Below are positions 42,216-51,798 of a DNA stretch of 64,000 bases, one piece after another. Source of the DNA: Lachnospiraceae bacterium UBA7225. GTDB lineage: Bacteria; Bacillota; Clostridia; Lachnospirales; Lachnospiraceae. Position 1 is the stretch's first letter; every line of letters starts with the position of its first letter. The notes beneath the pieces were generated by a model. That model ran no database searches and was not told the origin of the DNA. It saw only the letters and a program-made list of their open reading frames with translations. The stretch is from contig DKTR01000116.1 in the NCBI GenBank assembly GCA_002473385.1, positions 6,370 through 70,369 on the forward strand, written 5' to 3'. The translations under genes and the position numbers were made by a program.

Positions 42216-42236
42216 AGGTAATCATTGCAGATAACG

Positions 42237-42410
42237 TTAGTCGATATAATTCTGTGAACATTTTACGCAGGCGGAGTTGCGGCTGCAGACAAAGGAGATC
42301 ATAATATCCTCCGGATAGCGGCTGCAGCTCCCCTTTTTGTATGTGACGGTATGCGTGACTTCTGAGGCATCCGTTGGGCATTTACATTTGTAATCTTCTG
42401 TGTATTCCAT
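42237..42410 (-). CDS. 57-aa protein with six Cys, unknown function
   Basis: RBS AAAGGA 7 nt before ATG; 28 bp downstream of LUD gene on same strand. Confidence 0.6.
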   Translation of the reverse strand: MEYTEDYKCKCPTDASEVTHTVTYKKGSCSRYPEDIMISFVCSRNSACVKCSQNYID

Positions 42411-42438
42411 AAGAAATCCTTTCTTCCGGGCAGCGTTT

Positions 42439-43071
42439 TTAGAACCCGAGGGATTCACCTGTCAGAATGACCTGGATGCGTCCGGGAAAACGGTTGTATT
42501 GCTGCACATGCAGCATGCTGCAGATTTTCTCCGGGGAGAAGCAGTTGTGACAGACACCATCCTTTGCGCAGGGAGTGGATAGTCCGAGCCGGATAGCATT
42601 TGGCGGTGCGGCAACATTGTGCACGCGTGCCACGGCGGCATCCAGATCAGATACGACTTTGTTCATGCCGACCAGCATGATTACGTGATCGGGTCCATAG
42701 GAAAGCGCGGCAATGCGATTACCTGTTCCGTCGATGTTGACGAGCTGCCCGTCAAGTGTGATGGCGTTTGTGCTCATCAGAAAATAATCAGCGGAAAATG
42801 CTTTGCGGTAAAACTCCTTCCGGTCTTCCGGCGCGATCTTTGCGCGGTCCCAGAGCTCTACCGGCGCATTCTTCAGGGCATCCATCAGCCCGCATTCTTT
42901 AATGGATTCCGAGCCGCCCCAGGTGACGGTAGACCCTTCCGGGATCAGTGACAATATTTTTTCCACAGCGCTTTTGCAGTCAGGGCAGTAGTATCCGTCC
43001 ATGCCTCGTTTTTGCAAAGCTTTGATGATTGTTTCCGCCTGTTTCTGATAAAAAACTGACATTGCACTCAT
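42439..43071 (-). CDS. LUD-domain (lactate utilization YkgG/LutC-like) protein
   Basis: GGSES, STNAIT.DG.LVNIDG.GNR, GMNK, PC...G.C..C. Confidence 0.87.
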   Translation of the reverse strand: MSAMSVFYQKQAETIIKALQKRGMDGYYCPDCKSAVEKILSLIPEGSTVTWGGSESIKECGLMDALKNAPVELWDRAKIAPEDRKEFYRKAFSADYFLMSTNAITLDGQLVNIDGTGNRIAALSYGPDHVIMLVGMNKVVSDLDAAVARVHNVAAPPNAIRLGLSTPCAKDGVCHNCFSPEKICSMLHVQQYNRFPGRIQVILTGESLGF

Positions 43072-43335
43072 AACAATACCCCTTTCATTTGATCCATATT
43101 ATCCTCATCATACCATCAAACGCTGAAAAAATCAATGACATCAGAGGATATATTGACAAAAAGAAATAATAAAATATTTTTTGTTGCAAACAAAATGGAT
43201 GTGTGATATCAAATGCTGCCTCACAGAAGGTGTTGGAGAAAAATGGTTTTGTTCTTGAAGGAATTAGGTAACAGGGCAGCCTGGCTGAAATGTTACGGAA
43301 TCATCCTGCAGAAACGCAGTTGTAAAAGAAAGGGA

Positions 43336-43364
43336 TTGAAAAACGTTGGTTTTATCAGTATAAT
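43336..43364 (+). promoter_or_regulatory. Sigma-A type promoter of argS
   Basis: TTGAAA-17-TATAAT. Confidence 0.7.
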
Positions 43365-43404
43365 CGTCTGTAGACATTGATTAGCAGACAGGAGTTTGAC
43401 AAAG

Positions 43405-45171
43405 ATGAAAAAAATACTTACGTTAATTGAAGAGGAACTGGTACCCGCATTCGAGCAGGCGGGGGTGGATGCGTCTTACGCAAAGGTGACGGTTTCAAAC
43501 CGCCCGGATTTGTGTGAGTTTCAGTGCAACGGTGCGATGGCAGCGGCAAAGAAATATAAGAAAGCGCCGATTCTGATTGCAAAGGATGTGGTTGCCGCTC
43601 TGCAGGACAGCAGGATGTTTGCGATGGCAGAGGCTGTGAATCCCGGGTTTATCAATTTAAAGCTCGCGGGAGATTTTCTGGCAGGTTTTCTGAATGACAT
43701 GCTGGCGGACGAAAATCTGTCTGTGGAGAAGGCAAAGAAGCCTAAAAAGATTATTCTGGATTATGGCGGGGCAAACGTTGCAAAGCCGCTTCATGTGGGG
43801 CACCTGCGTTCTGCGATTATCGGAGAGAGTATCAAACGCATGGGACGTTTTATGGGGCATGAGGTCATCGGGGATGTGCATCTCGGTGACTGGGGTCTGC
43901 AGATGGGGCTGATCATCACTGAGCTGCGCAGGCGTCAGCCGGAACTGGTATATTTCCGGGAAGATTATGCCGGGGAATACCCGCAGGAAGCGCCGTTTAC
44001 GATCAGCGATCTGGAGGAGATCTATCCGGCGGCGAGCAAAAAATCGAAAGAGGATGAGCAGTACCGCGGGGAGGCACTGGAGGCGACTTATCAGCTACAG
44101 CAGGGAAATCCGGGCTATCGTGCGCTCTGGCAGCATATTATGCAAGTTTCCATTGCAGATCTGAAGAAAAATTACAGCCGCCTGAATGTGGAATTTGATC
44201 TCTGGAAAGGTGAGTCGGATGCGCAGCCGTATATTCCGGATATGGTACAGCGCATGAAGGACGAGGGCTTTGCCCACGAGGATCAGGGGGCGCTGGTGGT
44301 GGACGTGAAGGAAGAGACCGACACGAAAGAAGTTCCGCCATGCATCATTCTGAAATCAGATGGAGCGTCGCTGTATGCAACTACCGACCTGGCAACTATC
44401 GTGGAGCGTATGAAACTTTACCAGCCGGACGAGATTTTCTATCTGACGGACAAGCGGCAGGAAATGCACTTTATCCAGGTATTCCGGACGGCGAAGAAAA
44501 CCGGACTTGTGAAAGAGGATACAAAGCTTTCCTTCCTTGGCTTTGGCACGATGAATGGAAAGGATGGCAAGCCGTTTAAAACAAGAGACGGCGGTGTGAT
44601 GCGTCTGGAGCATCTGATTGCGGATATTGAAGAGGAGATGTACCGCAAGATTATGGACAATCACGAGATCGATCCGCAGGAGGCACGCGCAACGGCGAAA
44701 ATCGTCGGGCTTTCGGCAATCAAATACGGGGATCTGTCAAATCAGGCGTCGAAGGATTATGTGTTTGATATCGATCGTTTTACTTCCTTCGAGGGAAATA
44801 CCGGACCGTATATCCTATACACAATCGTACGCATAAATTCGATTTTAAATAAATATCAGGAAGCGGGCGGCAGCGCAAAAAAGGGCGGTATGCTGGCAGC
44901 GGCGAATGACAGCGAAAAGCAGCTGTGTCTGGAACTGGGGCGCTTCAACGGCGTGATGGAAAACGCCTTTGAAGAGACGGCACCGCACAAGATATGTTCT
45001 TATATTTATGATCTTGCTAATGCCTTCAACCGTTTCTACCATGAGACAAAAATTCTGAGTGAGGAAGATGAGGCACAGAAATCGTCCTGGATCGCACTGC
45101 TCTGTCTGACAAGGCAGGTTCTGGAAGCGTGTATCGGCGTACTCGGCTTTGAGGCACCGGAGAGAATGTAG
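43405..45171 (+). CDS. argS: Arginine--tRNA ligase
   Basis: HIGH-type ANVAKPLHVGHLR, GDWG.QMG, FEGNTGPY, C-terminal PERM. Confidence 0.97.
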   Translation: MKKILTLIEEELVPAFEQAGVDASYAKVTVSNRPDLCEFQCNGAMAAAKKYKKAPILIAKDVVAALQDSRMFAMAEAVNPGFINLKLAGDFLAGFLNDMLADENLSVEKAKKPKKIILDYGGANVAKPLHVGHLRSAIIGESIKRMGRFMGHEVIGDVHLGDWGLQMGLIITELRRRQPELVYFREDYAGEYPQEAPFTISDLEEIYPAASKKSKEDEQYRGEALEATYQLQQGNPGYRALWQHIMQVSIADLKKNYSRLNVEFDLWKGESDAQPYIPDMVQRMKDEGFAHEDQGALVVDVKEETDTKEVPPCIILKSDGASLYATTDLATIVERMKLYQPDEIFYLTDKRQEMHFIQVFRTAKKTGLVKEDTKLSFLGFGTMNGKDGKPFKTRDGGVMRLEHLIADIEEEMYRKIMDNHEIDPQEARATAKIVGLSAIKYGDLSNQASKDYVFDIDRFTSFEGNTGPYILYTIVRINSILNKYQEAGGSAKKGGMLAAANDSEKQLCLELGRFNGVMENAFEETAPHKICSYIYDLANAFNRFYHETKILSEEDEAQKSSWIALLCLTRQVLEACIGVLGFEAPERM

Positions 45172-45348
45172 ATGCCGTCTGGCGGGGAACCGCGGGATAT
45201 GGATTGCCGGCCGTATAGCGGCAAAAGCGTGGAAAATGCAGGCAGATTCCGGTAGATTTTCTGATGATTCTTAAGGAAACATGAACCGCGGCAAAAAGAT
45301 TGGACATTTACAGAGGTGTGTGTTATTATCAACTATGAGGTGAGGAAA

Positions 45349-46566
45349 ATGTCTGATAAGAGGAAAATATCAACAATTTTAGGAATCTGCGGCGCAACCG
45401 TGCTGGCAGCAGGCGGCAGTATTTTTCTGACAAATACCGGGCTTTCGCTGCTTGACCAGAGCCGGCAGGTCGAAGGAGAGACAGACCCGGGGCTTGGTAC
45501 ACAGACAAAGGAAACCGAGCAGCCGATTACTGTCGAGCAGTTTTCAAAAACAAAAGATTCATTTGTAGTATCGTCAAAAACGGCATCGGGTACCGGGGCG
45601 GGCGGAAAAGATCAGAAAACATCTGAAACAGAAAATAACGGCACATCCACTGCGGGAAGCAGTACCGGGCAGGAGGATGAGAGTATGATGTATGCCACCG
45701 GCGGCGTAAATGTCAGAAGCAGCGCAGGTGTGGAAGGAGATATCCTTGGCACGCTTCAGGTGGGTGAAGGCGTTACCGTTACCGGAAACCGCGAGGGTAA
45801 CTGGGTAGAGGTAAGCTATAACGGGAAGACCGGCTATGTAAGCCAGAATTATCTGCAGACCGGCACGGGCAGCAACAGCAATGCATCCGGCAGCAGCTCC
45901 GCGGGCAGCAACAGCAATACATCCGGCAGCAGCTCCGCGGGCAGCAACAGCAATACGTCCGGCAGCAGCTCTGCGGGCAGCAACAGCAATACGTCCGGCA
46001 GCGGCTCTGCGGGCGGCAGTAATACTCCGGCTGTGATTACATGGAATGTTACAGCTATGGGAGGTACCATGTACGCAACGGGAGATGTGAATGTCCGCAG
46101 CGGTGCAGGCACAAGCAACAGCCGTATCGGCGGTCTGAGTGCCGGTTCTTCTATTACAGTCACCGGCTCGACGGACAATGGCTGGATACAGGTAAATTAT
46201 GACGGTCAGACCGGCTACGTGGCGGGCAATTATCTGTCCTGGGACAAGCCGTCCGGCAGCAGCTCCTCCGGCTCTTCGGGCGCATGGGACAGCAGCTATA
46301 CATACGATCTGAGCAGCCGTTATGTTTCTGAGGATGAATTTGACGGATGGAGCGCAGGTGATCTGGCTATCGTGCGCAATGAGATTTTTGCACGTCATGG
46401 CCGTATCTTTACAACGCAGACATATAAAGACTACTTCGCGCAGAAAACCTGGTATGAGCCGACTTACGACCCGTCCTACTTTGATGCGAATCTGGACAGC
46501 TTCCTGAATGATTATGAATGGGCGAACCTTGCGGTTGTTCAGAAACTGGAAGATGCGAGAAGCTAG
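45349..46566 (+). CDS. Surface protein: SH3b - Ser/Gly/Asn linker - SH3b - YARHG
   Basis: Two MYATG.VNVRS..G...W..V.Y.G.TGYV repeats; NEIFARHG. Confidence 0.87.
   Translation: MSDKRKISTILGICGATVLAAGGSIFLTNTGLSLLDQSRQVEGETDPGLGTQTKETEQPITVEQFSKTKDSFVVSSKTASGTGAGGKDQKTSETENNGTSTAGSSTGQEDESMMYATGGVNVRSSAGVEGDILGTLQVGEGVTVTGNREGNWVEVSYNGKTGYVSQNYLQTGTGSNSNASGSSSAGSNSNTSGSSSAGSNSNTSGSSSAGSNSNTSGSGSAGGSNTPAVITWNVTAMGGTMYATGDVNVRSGAGTSNSRIGGLSAGSSITVTGSTDNGWIQVNYDGQTGYVAGNYLSWDKPSGSSSSGSSGAWDSSYTYDLSSRYVSEDEFDGWSAGDLAIVRNEIFARHGRIFTTQTYKDYFAQKTWYEPTYDPSYFDANLDSFLNDYEWANLAVVQKLEDARS
45868..46011 (+). repeat. In-frame 36-bp tandem repeat x4 (GSNSNTSGSSSA)
   Basis: Unit GGCAGCAACAGCAATACRTCCGGCAGCAGCTCYGCG. 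Confidence 0.92.
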
Positions 46567-46579
46567 GGAGGAATATGTG

Positions 46580-47665
46580 ATGACGGATAACAACAATCAA
46601 CAGTATAAATGGCGGCAGAGAAAACAGCGCAATATGCGCATCGGCATCTGGATCGTTGTGGTAATTCTTGCTTCCGTGGGCGGTACCTTTGTTTATGAGG
46701 GGCTCAGAGACAGCGATCCTCAGAGAGTTGCTGAGGAATATGTGAAAAAAGCGACCGGTGTTGATACATTTAAGGTGGAGACAGGTGACCGCTCCTTAAA
46801 TGCGGACAATCAGTTTGTACAGGATTACACCTTCACTTATACGGTGGACGGGAAAGAAACCAGCCAGCGGCTCAGTCTCACACAGCAGCAGGAAAAGAAA
46901 TACGGTTTGTTTGACCAGTGGGCGCTGCAGGCAGCGGGGGCAAATGCAGTCGATATGGAGCTGATCGTTCCGGCAGGTGTGCAGGTGCTGATCGACGGAG
47001 TGAGCCCGGATGAATCCCAAATGAAAGAGGATGACACGCTTTCACCGGGAGCTGTCCGCTACCAGTTAAGCGGCGTGGAGCCGACGGCGAAGCTTCAGAT
47101 CAACGGGCTCCCATTTGAATCCTTTGAGGGCACTCTGGAGACGGGCAATGGTCTGCTGGATATCCGTGACCGTCTGGAAGTCAGCGAAAACGCGAAGGTA
47201 CAGATGGAGGAAATCGGTAAGAGCATGATTAACGAGCTGTACACTGCGGTGATGCAGCTGAAGACCTCTTCCGATCTCAGCGAATTATTTGCAAACGTGC
47301 CGAACAAAGATAATCTTTTCAAGGCAATATCCGGCAATCTTTTCCGAAGCAGCGAGCTGCAGGCGGATAACATTACCTTTGAGGGCTTTGAACCGGTATT
47401 CGGAGATATTTACTATCCGGGAAGAGATGAAGAGAGCTACATCGGAATTGAAATGAAGCTTTCCTATACCTGCAGCTATGAGCAGGCGGAGGCGCAAACG
47501 GAATCTGAGAGCGAGACGGAAACGGAAGCAGAATCTGAATCTGAGGCTGAAACAGAGACGAAGAATACAGGCAGTGAGGGATCGAAAAAGGAAGCAACTT
47601 TTTATTTCCGCTACCAGGATGGGAAATGTATAGTAACTTCCGCGGAGATTCCGGGCGTGATCTGA
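46580..47665 (+). CDS. Membrane-anchored acidic hypothetical protein (possibly TcaA-like)
   Basis: RBS GGAGG, single N-terminal TM, KKYGLFDQW motif, Glu-rich tract. Confidence 0.7.
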   Translation: MTDNNNQQYKWRQRKQRNMRIGIWIVVVILASVGGTFVYEGLRDSDPQRVAEEYVKKATGVDTFKVETGDRSLNADNQFVQDYTFTYTVDGKETSQRLSLTQQQEKKYGLFDQWALQAAGANAVDMELIVPAGVQVLIDGVSPDESQMKEDDTLSPGAVRYQLSGVEPTAKLQINGLPFESFEGTLETGNGLLDIRDRLEVSENAKVQMEEIGKSMINELYTAVMQLKTSSDLSELFANVPNKDNLFKAISGNLFRSSELQADNITFEGFEPVFGDIYYPGRDEESYIGIEMKLSYTCSYEQAEAQTESESETETEAESESEAETETKNTGSEGSKKEATFYFRYQDGKCIVTSAEIPGVI

Positions 47666-47712
47666 AACAGCGGCAGGGAAGATGAAAGCATTCCCGGGCA
47701 GGAGTGACAGAA

Positions 47713-48489
47713 ATGAAAAAATGTTTGAAGGGGCTGGCGCTGGTTCTGGGGCTGGCGCTTGCGGGCACATATGGCGTATGTGTGCAGGCAATGCTGACGG
47801 AGGAGGAACAGATTGCCGGCCGGCAGCAAAAAAGTGAAGCAGCAGAAGCAGACGACGGACCTCTGATTGCAATTGATCCGGGACACCAGGGACCGGGGCA
47901 GGATATGTCCGGGGTGGAACCGAATGGACCCGGCTCTGACATTATGAAAGCGCGGCTTGCTACAGGTACGAGCGGATGCGTTTCCGGGCTGGATGAATAT
48001 GAGCTGGATCTGGATGTTTCCCTGAAGCTGCGCGATGAGCTGATAAAAAGAGGCTATCGCGTGATCATGACGCGTGAAACGCACGATATTGACATCAGCA
48101 ACATTGAGCGTTGTCAGGTGGCGAATGAAGCGGGGGCAGATATCCTTCTGCGCATCCATGCGAACGGCTCGGAGGATAGCAGTGTGTCGGGAGCACTTAC
48201 AGCGGCTCCGTCCTCTTCCAACCCTTATGTATCCGATATTTATGAGGATTGTGTGAAGCTGGCGGATGATCTGATCAATGCCTACTGTGAGGCAACCGGG
48301 CTTTACAATTGCGGCATCTGGGTGACAGATGACATGACGGGCATTAACTGGAGCGATATGCCGGTGACAATTCTGGAAATGGGATTTATGACAAATCCGG
48401 GTGATGACGCATATATGGCGGATGAGGAAAACCAGGATATCATGGTACAGGGGATTGCAAACGGCGTAGATGCATATTTCGGGAGATAG
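47713..48489 (+). CDS. N-acetylmuramoyl-L-alanine amidase (Amidase_3)
   Basis: IDPGH, E..L.L, IHAN, ILEMGF; signal peptide. Confidence 0.92.
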   Translation: MKKCLKGLALVLGLALAGTYGVCVQAMLTEEEQIAGRQQKSEAAEADDGPLIAIDPGHQGPGQDMSGVEPNGPGSDIMKARLATGTSGCVSGLDEYELDLDVSLKLRDELIKRGYRVIMTRETHDIDISNIERCQVANEAGADILLRIHANGSEDSSVSGALTAAPSSSNPYVSDIYEDCVKLADDLINAYCEATGLYNCGIWVTDDMTGINWSDMPVTILEMGFMTNPGDDAYMADEENQDIMVQGIANGVDAYFGR

Positions 48490-48494
48490 GCAGT

Positions 48495-49130
48495 ATGTTC
48501 TGGGAATGGGCGGATAAAGCCGGAAGAGTAATCGGTCCGGTTCTGATTCATTATCTGGTGATATCTATATTAAGTATGATGAGGCTGCATGCAGATGCAG
48601 CCTTTCTGACAAGCATAGCGGCAGTGATTGTACTGCCGTTGTTTTGGCGTATGTACCAGAAGGATGGCGTGCAGTATGCCCGCAAAACGCCGGGAAAGCT
48701 TACAGCAGGAGCATATCTTTGGATTGCAGCGCTCGGTATCGCCTGCAATCTGGCACTGACACTGGCGGTGAACGGGATTCTTTCTTTTTTCTCTTTTTCC
48801 AATCAGGTGCAGGAGGCTCTGTTTGCCAGCAATTTCATTGTACAGATCGCCGGAGTGGGGATTCTTGTTCCGATTATGGAAGAAGTTTTATTTCGGGGTC
48901 TTGTATATAACCGTCTGAAGGGGTATACTAAAACTGCAAAGTCCGCCGTGATTCTGGCGGCAGTAATTTTTGCCGTATATCATGGAAATGTGGTTCAGAT
49001 CCTGTTTGCGTTTCCCATGGCGCTGATACTGATTGCGGTATATGAAAAATGGGGGACGCTGCGGGCGTGTATCACCTTCCATATGGCGGTGAATTTAAGT
49101 TCCGTGATTATCACGGCAATATCAGGTTAA
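48495..49130 (+). CDS. CPBP (Abi/CAAX) intramembrane metalloprotease
   Basis: EEVLFRG, FAVYH, HMAVN. Confidence 0.9.
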   Translation: MFWEWADKAGRVIGPVLIHYLVISILSMMRLHADAAFLTSIAAVIVLPLFWRMYQKDGVQYARKTPGKLTAGAYLWIAALGIACNLALTLAVNGILSFFSFSNQVQEALFASNFIVQIAGVGILVPIMEEVLFRGLVYNRLKGYTKTAKSAVILAAVIFAVYHGNVVQILFAFPMALILIAVYEKWGTLRACITFHMAVNLSSVIITAISG

Positions 49131-49152
49131 GCAGCAGATAAAGGAGAGGCTA

Positions 49153-49680
49153 ATGAAGAAAGAGATTTTAAGCTGGATAGGATGTTTTGCGGTCGCGATT
49201 GCGGCGGCGCTGTTTATTGTGACATTTATCGGACAGAGAGTGGAGGTTGACGGGCGGTCTATGGAGCCGACACTGGAGAACAAGGATAATCTGATCTGTG
49301 ATAAGATCAGCTACCGCTTCAGTGAGCCGGAGCGCTTTGACATTGTGGTGATCTACCCGTATGAGGGCAGCACAAAAGAGCGCTGGATCAAGCGTATTAT
49401 CGGTCTTCCGGGGGAAGAGGTACGCATCGATCAGGAAGGAAACATTTATATCAATGGAGAAATCCTAAAGGAGTCCTACGGCAAGGAAGTGATTGCAGAT
49501 CCGGGCATGGCAATCGAACCGATCCAGCTTGGTGAGGATGAATACTGGGTGATGGGTGACAACCGTAATCATAGCAGCGACAGCCGCGTGATTGGTCCTG
49601 TAACGAAGAAACGGATCATCGGAAAAGCGTTCGTACGAATTTATCCTTTCAGCAAGATTGGATTTATCAAACATCAGTAA
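49153..49680 (+). CDS. lepB: Signal peptidase I
   Basis: SMEPTL, IKRIIGLPG, GDNR..S.DSR. Confidence 0.96.
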   Translation: MKKEILSWIGCFAVAIAAALFIVTFIGQRVEVDGRSMEPTLENKDNLICDKISYRFSEPERFDIVVIYPYEGSTKERWIKRIIGLPGEEVRIDQEGNIYINGEILKESYGKEVIADPGMAIEPIQLGEDEYWVMGDNRNHSSDSRVIGPVTKKRIIGKAFVRIYPFSKIGFIKHQ

Positions 49681-49699
49681 TAGAAAAGGAGCCTGAAAA

Positions 49700-51076
49700 A
49701 TGGACAGAAAAAACGTTTGGGGCAGTTACAGCAAAAAGCAGCTGACAGAGCTGGAAAAATTAAACAAGGAATACCGTCATTTTCTGGATCATGGAAAGAC
49801 GGAGCGGGAGTGCATCCGCGAGGCAGTGAAGCTGGCGAAGGAAGCAGGCTACCGCGATCTGCATGAGGTAATTAAGAAAAAAGAAACGCTCGCAGAGGGC
49901 GACAGGGTGTACGCTGTCTGCATGGAAAAGGCAATCGCCATGTTCCACATCGGAAGCAAGGACATTGAAAAGGGTATGAATATTCTGGGGGCGCATGTGG
50001 ATTCTCCGCGTCTGGATTTAAAGCAGAATCCGCTGTACGAGGACACAGAGCTTGCTTATTTTGACACCCATTATTACGGCGGCATCAAGAAATATCAGTG
50101 GGTGACGGTTCCGCTTGCGCTGCACGGCGTAGTTGCGAAAAAGGACGGCAGTCTGATAGATATTTCCATCGGCGAGAAGGAGGATGATCCGGTATTTTGC
50201 ATTACCGATCTTCTGGTGCATCTTTCTGGTGAACAGATGGAAAAGAAGGCATCAAAGGTAATCGAGGGCGAGGCGCTAAACCTTCTGATCGGCAATATTC
50301 CGCTGGCAGACGAGGAAGAGACAGCGGTAAAAGCAAATATTCTGAAATTGTTAAAGCAGCAGTATGATATCGAGGAGGATGATTTCCTCTCAGCGGAGCT
50401 GGAGGTGGTTCCGGCAGGAAAGGCAAGAGAGTGCGGGCTTGACCGCAGTATGGTGCTTGCTTACGGGCATGACGACCGTGTGTGTGCGTATACATCCCTC
50501 GCGGCGATGCTGGAAATGAAAAAGGTGAAGCGGACAGCATGCTGCATTCTGGTAGATAAAGAAGAAATTGGCAGTGTCGGAGCGACCGGTATGCAGTCAC
50601 GTTTCTTTGAAAATACGGTGGCGGAGCTTATAAACTGTATGGGAGATTATTCTGACCTGAAGCTGCGCAGAGTGCTGGCAAATTCACGTATGCTTTCTTC
50701 AGATGTGAGTGCGGCATACGATCCGGAATTTGCGGCATCGTTTGAGAAAAAGAATACGGCATATTTTGCGCATGGCATTGTGTTCAACAAGTACACAGGG
50801 GCGAGGGGAAAATCCGGTTCCAATGATGCCAATGCTGAGTATATGGCGCAGCTCCGTGCGACACTGGAGAAGCATGAGGTGGCATTCCAGACGGCAGAGC
50901 TTGGAAAAGTAGATTTTGGCGGCGGCGGAACCATCGCCTATATTCTGGCACTGTATGGAATGCAGGTGATTGATTGCGGCGTGGCAGTTCTTAATATGCA
51001 TGCACCGTGGGAGATCGTCAGCAAGGCAGACGTTTATGAGGCAAAGCGCTGCTATGCAGCATTTCTGACAGAGTAG
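49700..51076 (+). CDS. M18 family aminopeptidase
   Basis: GAHVDSPRLDLK, YYGGIKKYQW, DDR, DKEEIGS, MHAP. Confidence 0.92.
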   Translation: MDRKNVWGSYSKKQLTELEKLNKEYRHFLDHGKTERECIREAVKLAKEAGYRDLHEVIKKKETLAEGDRVYAVCMEKAIAMFHIGSKDIEKGMNILGAHVDSPRLDLKQNPLYEDTELAYFDTHYYGGIKKYQWVTVPLALHGVVAKKDGSLIDISIGEKEDDPVFCITDLLVHLSGEQMEKKASKVIEGEALNLLIGNIPLADEEETAVKANILKLLKQQYDIEEDDFLSAELEVVPAGKARECGLDRSMVLAYGHDDRVCAYTSLAAMLEMKKVKRTACCILVDKEEIGSVGATGMQSRFFENTVAELINCMGDYSDLKLRRVLANSRMLSSDVSAAYDPEFAASFEKKNTAYFAHGIVFNKYTGARGKSGSNDANAEYMAQLRATLEKHEVAFQTAELGKVDFGGGGTIAYILALYGMQVIDCGVAVLNMHAPWEIVSKADVYEAKRCYAAFLTE

Positions 51077-51085
51077 GTGCATGAA

Positions 51086-51727
51086 ATGAAGTCAAAGATA
51101 CCTATCGAGATCTCGGCAAAACATATCCACCTTTGCCGGGAGGATTTTGAAGCGCTGTTCGGCAAGGGACGTGAGCTGACATTTGTCAAGGAGCTAAGTC
51201 AGCCGGGGCAGTTTCTTGCAGAGGAACGTCTGACGATTGAGGGACCGCGGGGGAAGATGGAGCATGTGGCGATTCTGGGACCTTTCCGGAAGGAGACACA
51301 GGTGGAGCTGGCTATTACCGATACCCGCAAGCTTGGCATCGACAAGGTGATCCGGCAGTCGGGCGACATTGCCGGAACGCCGGGCTGCCGCCTGATCGGC
51401 CCAAATGGCAGTCTGAATCTGGAAAAAGGGGTCATTGTGGCGAAACGTCACATACATATGACGCCGAGTGATGCTTACCGTATGCATGTGAAGGATAATG
51501 AAGAGGTGTTTGTAATCACGCAGAGCTATGAGCGGGCGCTGATCTATGCAAACGTGGTGGTGCGTGTACACCCGGACTTTGTACTGGCAATGCATGTGGA
51601 CACGGATGAGGGCAATGCCTTCGACCACAATGAGGAGCAGTACGGTGTAATTTTGAAGCTGTTTGACGGCAACGCTTATAGTCTGAGTGACTGGGCGGAC
51701 GAGCTTTTATCCGGCATACAGCGGTAG
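51086..51727 (+). CDS. pduL: PduL-family phosphate acyltransferase
   Basis: SAKHIHL, LSQPGQF, ILGP.R..TQVE, RHIHM, MHVDTDEGNA. Confidence 0.9.
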   Translation: MKSKIPIEISAKHIHLCREDFEALFGKGRELTFVKELSQPGQFLAEERLTIEGPRGKMEHVAILGPFRKETQVELAITDTRKLGIDKVIRQSGDIAGTPGCRLIGPNGSLNLEKGVIVAKRHIHMTPSDAYRMHVKDNEEVFVITQSYERALIYANVVVRVHPDFVLAMHVDTDEGNAFDHNEEQYGVILKLFDGNAYSLSDWADELLSGIQR

Positions 51728-51798
51728 CTACGGATTACCCCGGGCAAGGAAAAATAAGGTCGGGCAGAAATAGAAAACTTAAATGATGGAGGAAACGT

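Noticed and set aside
42237-42410. SCIFF/ranthipeptide precursor
   Set aside because: Cys spacing does not match SCIFF and there is no adjacent radical SAM gene
43080-43404. T-box leader for argS
   Set aside because: No GGTGGNACC T-box or terminator; a promoter lies about 40 bp from the start
40741-46011. 36-bp repeats as CRISPR arrays
   Set aside because: Head-to-tail, no spacers, in-frame within CDS, no cas genes
51728-51798. Purine or ZTP riboswitch before purL
   Set aside because: Only 71 bp and no consensus motif recognised
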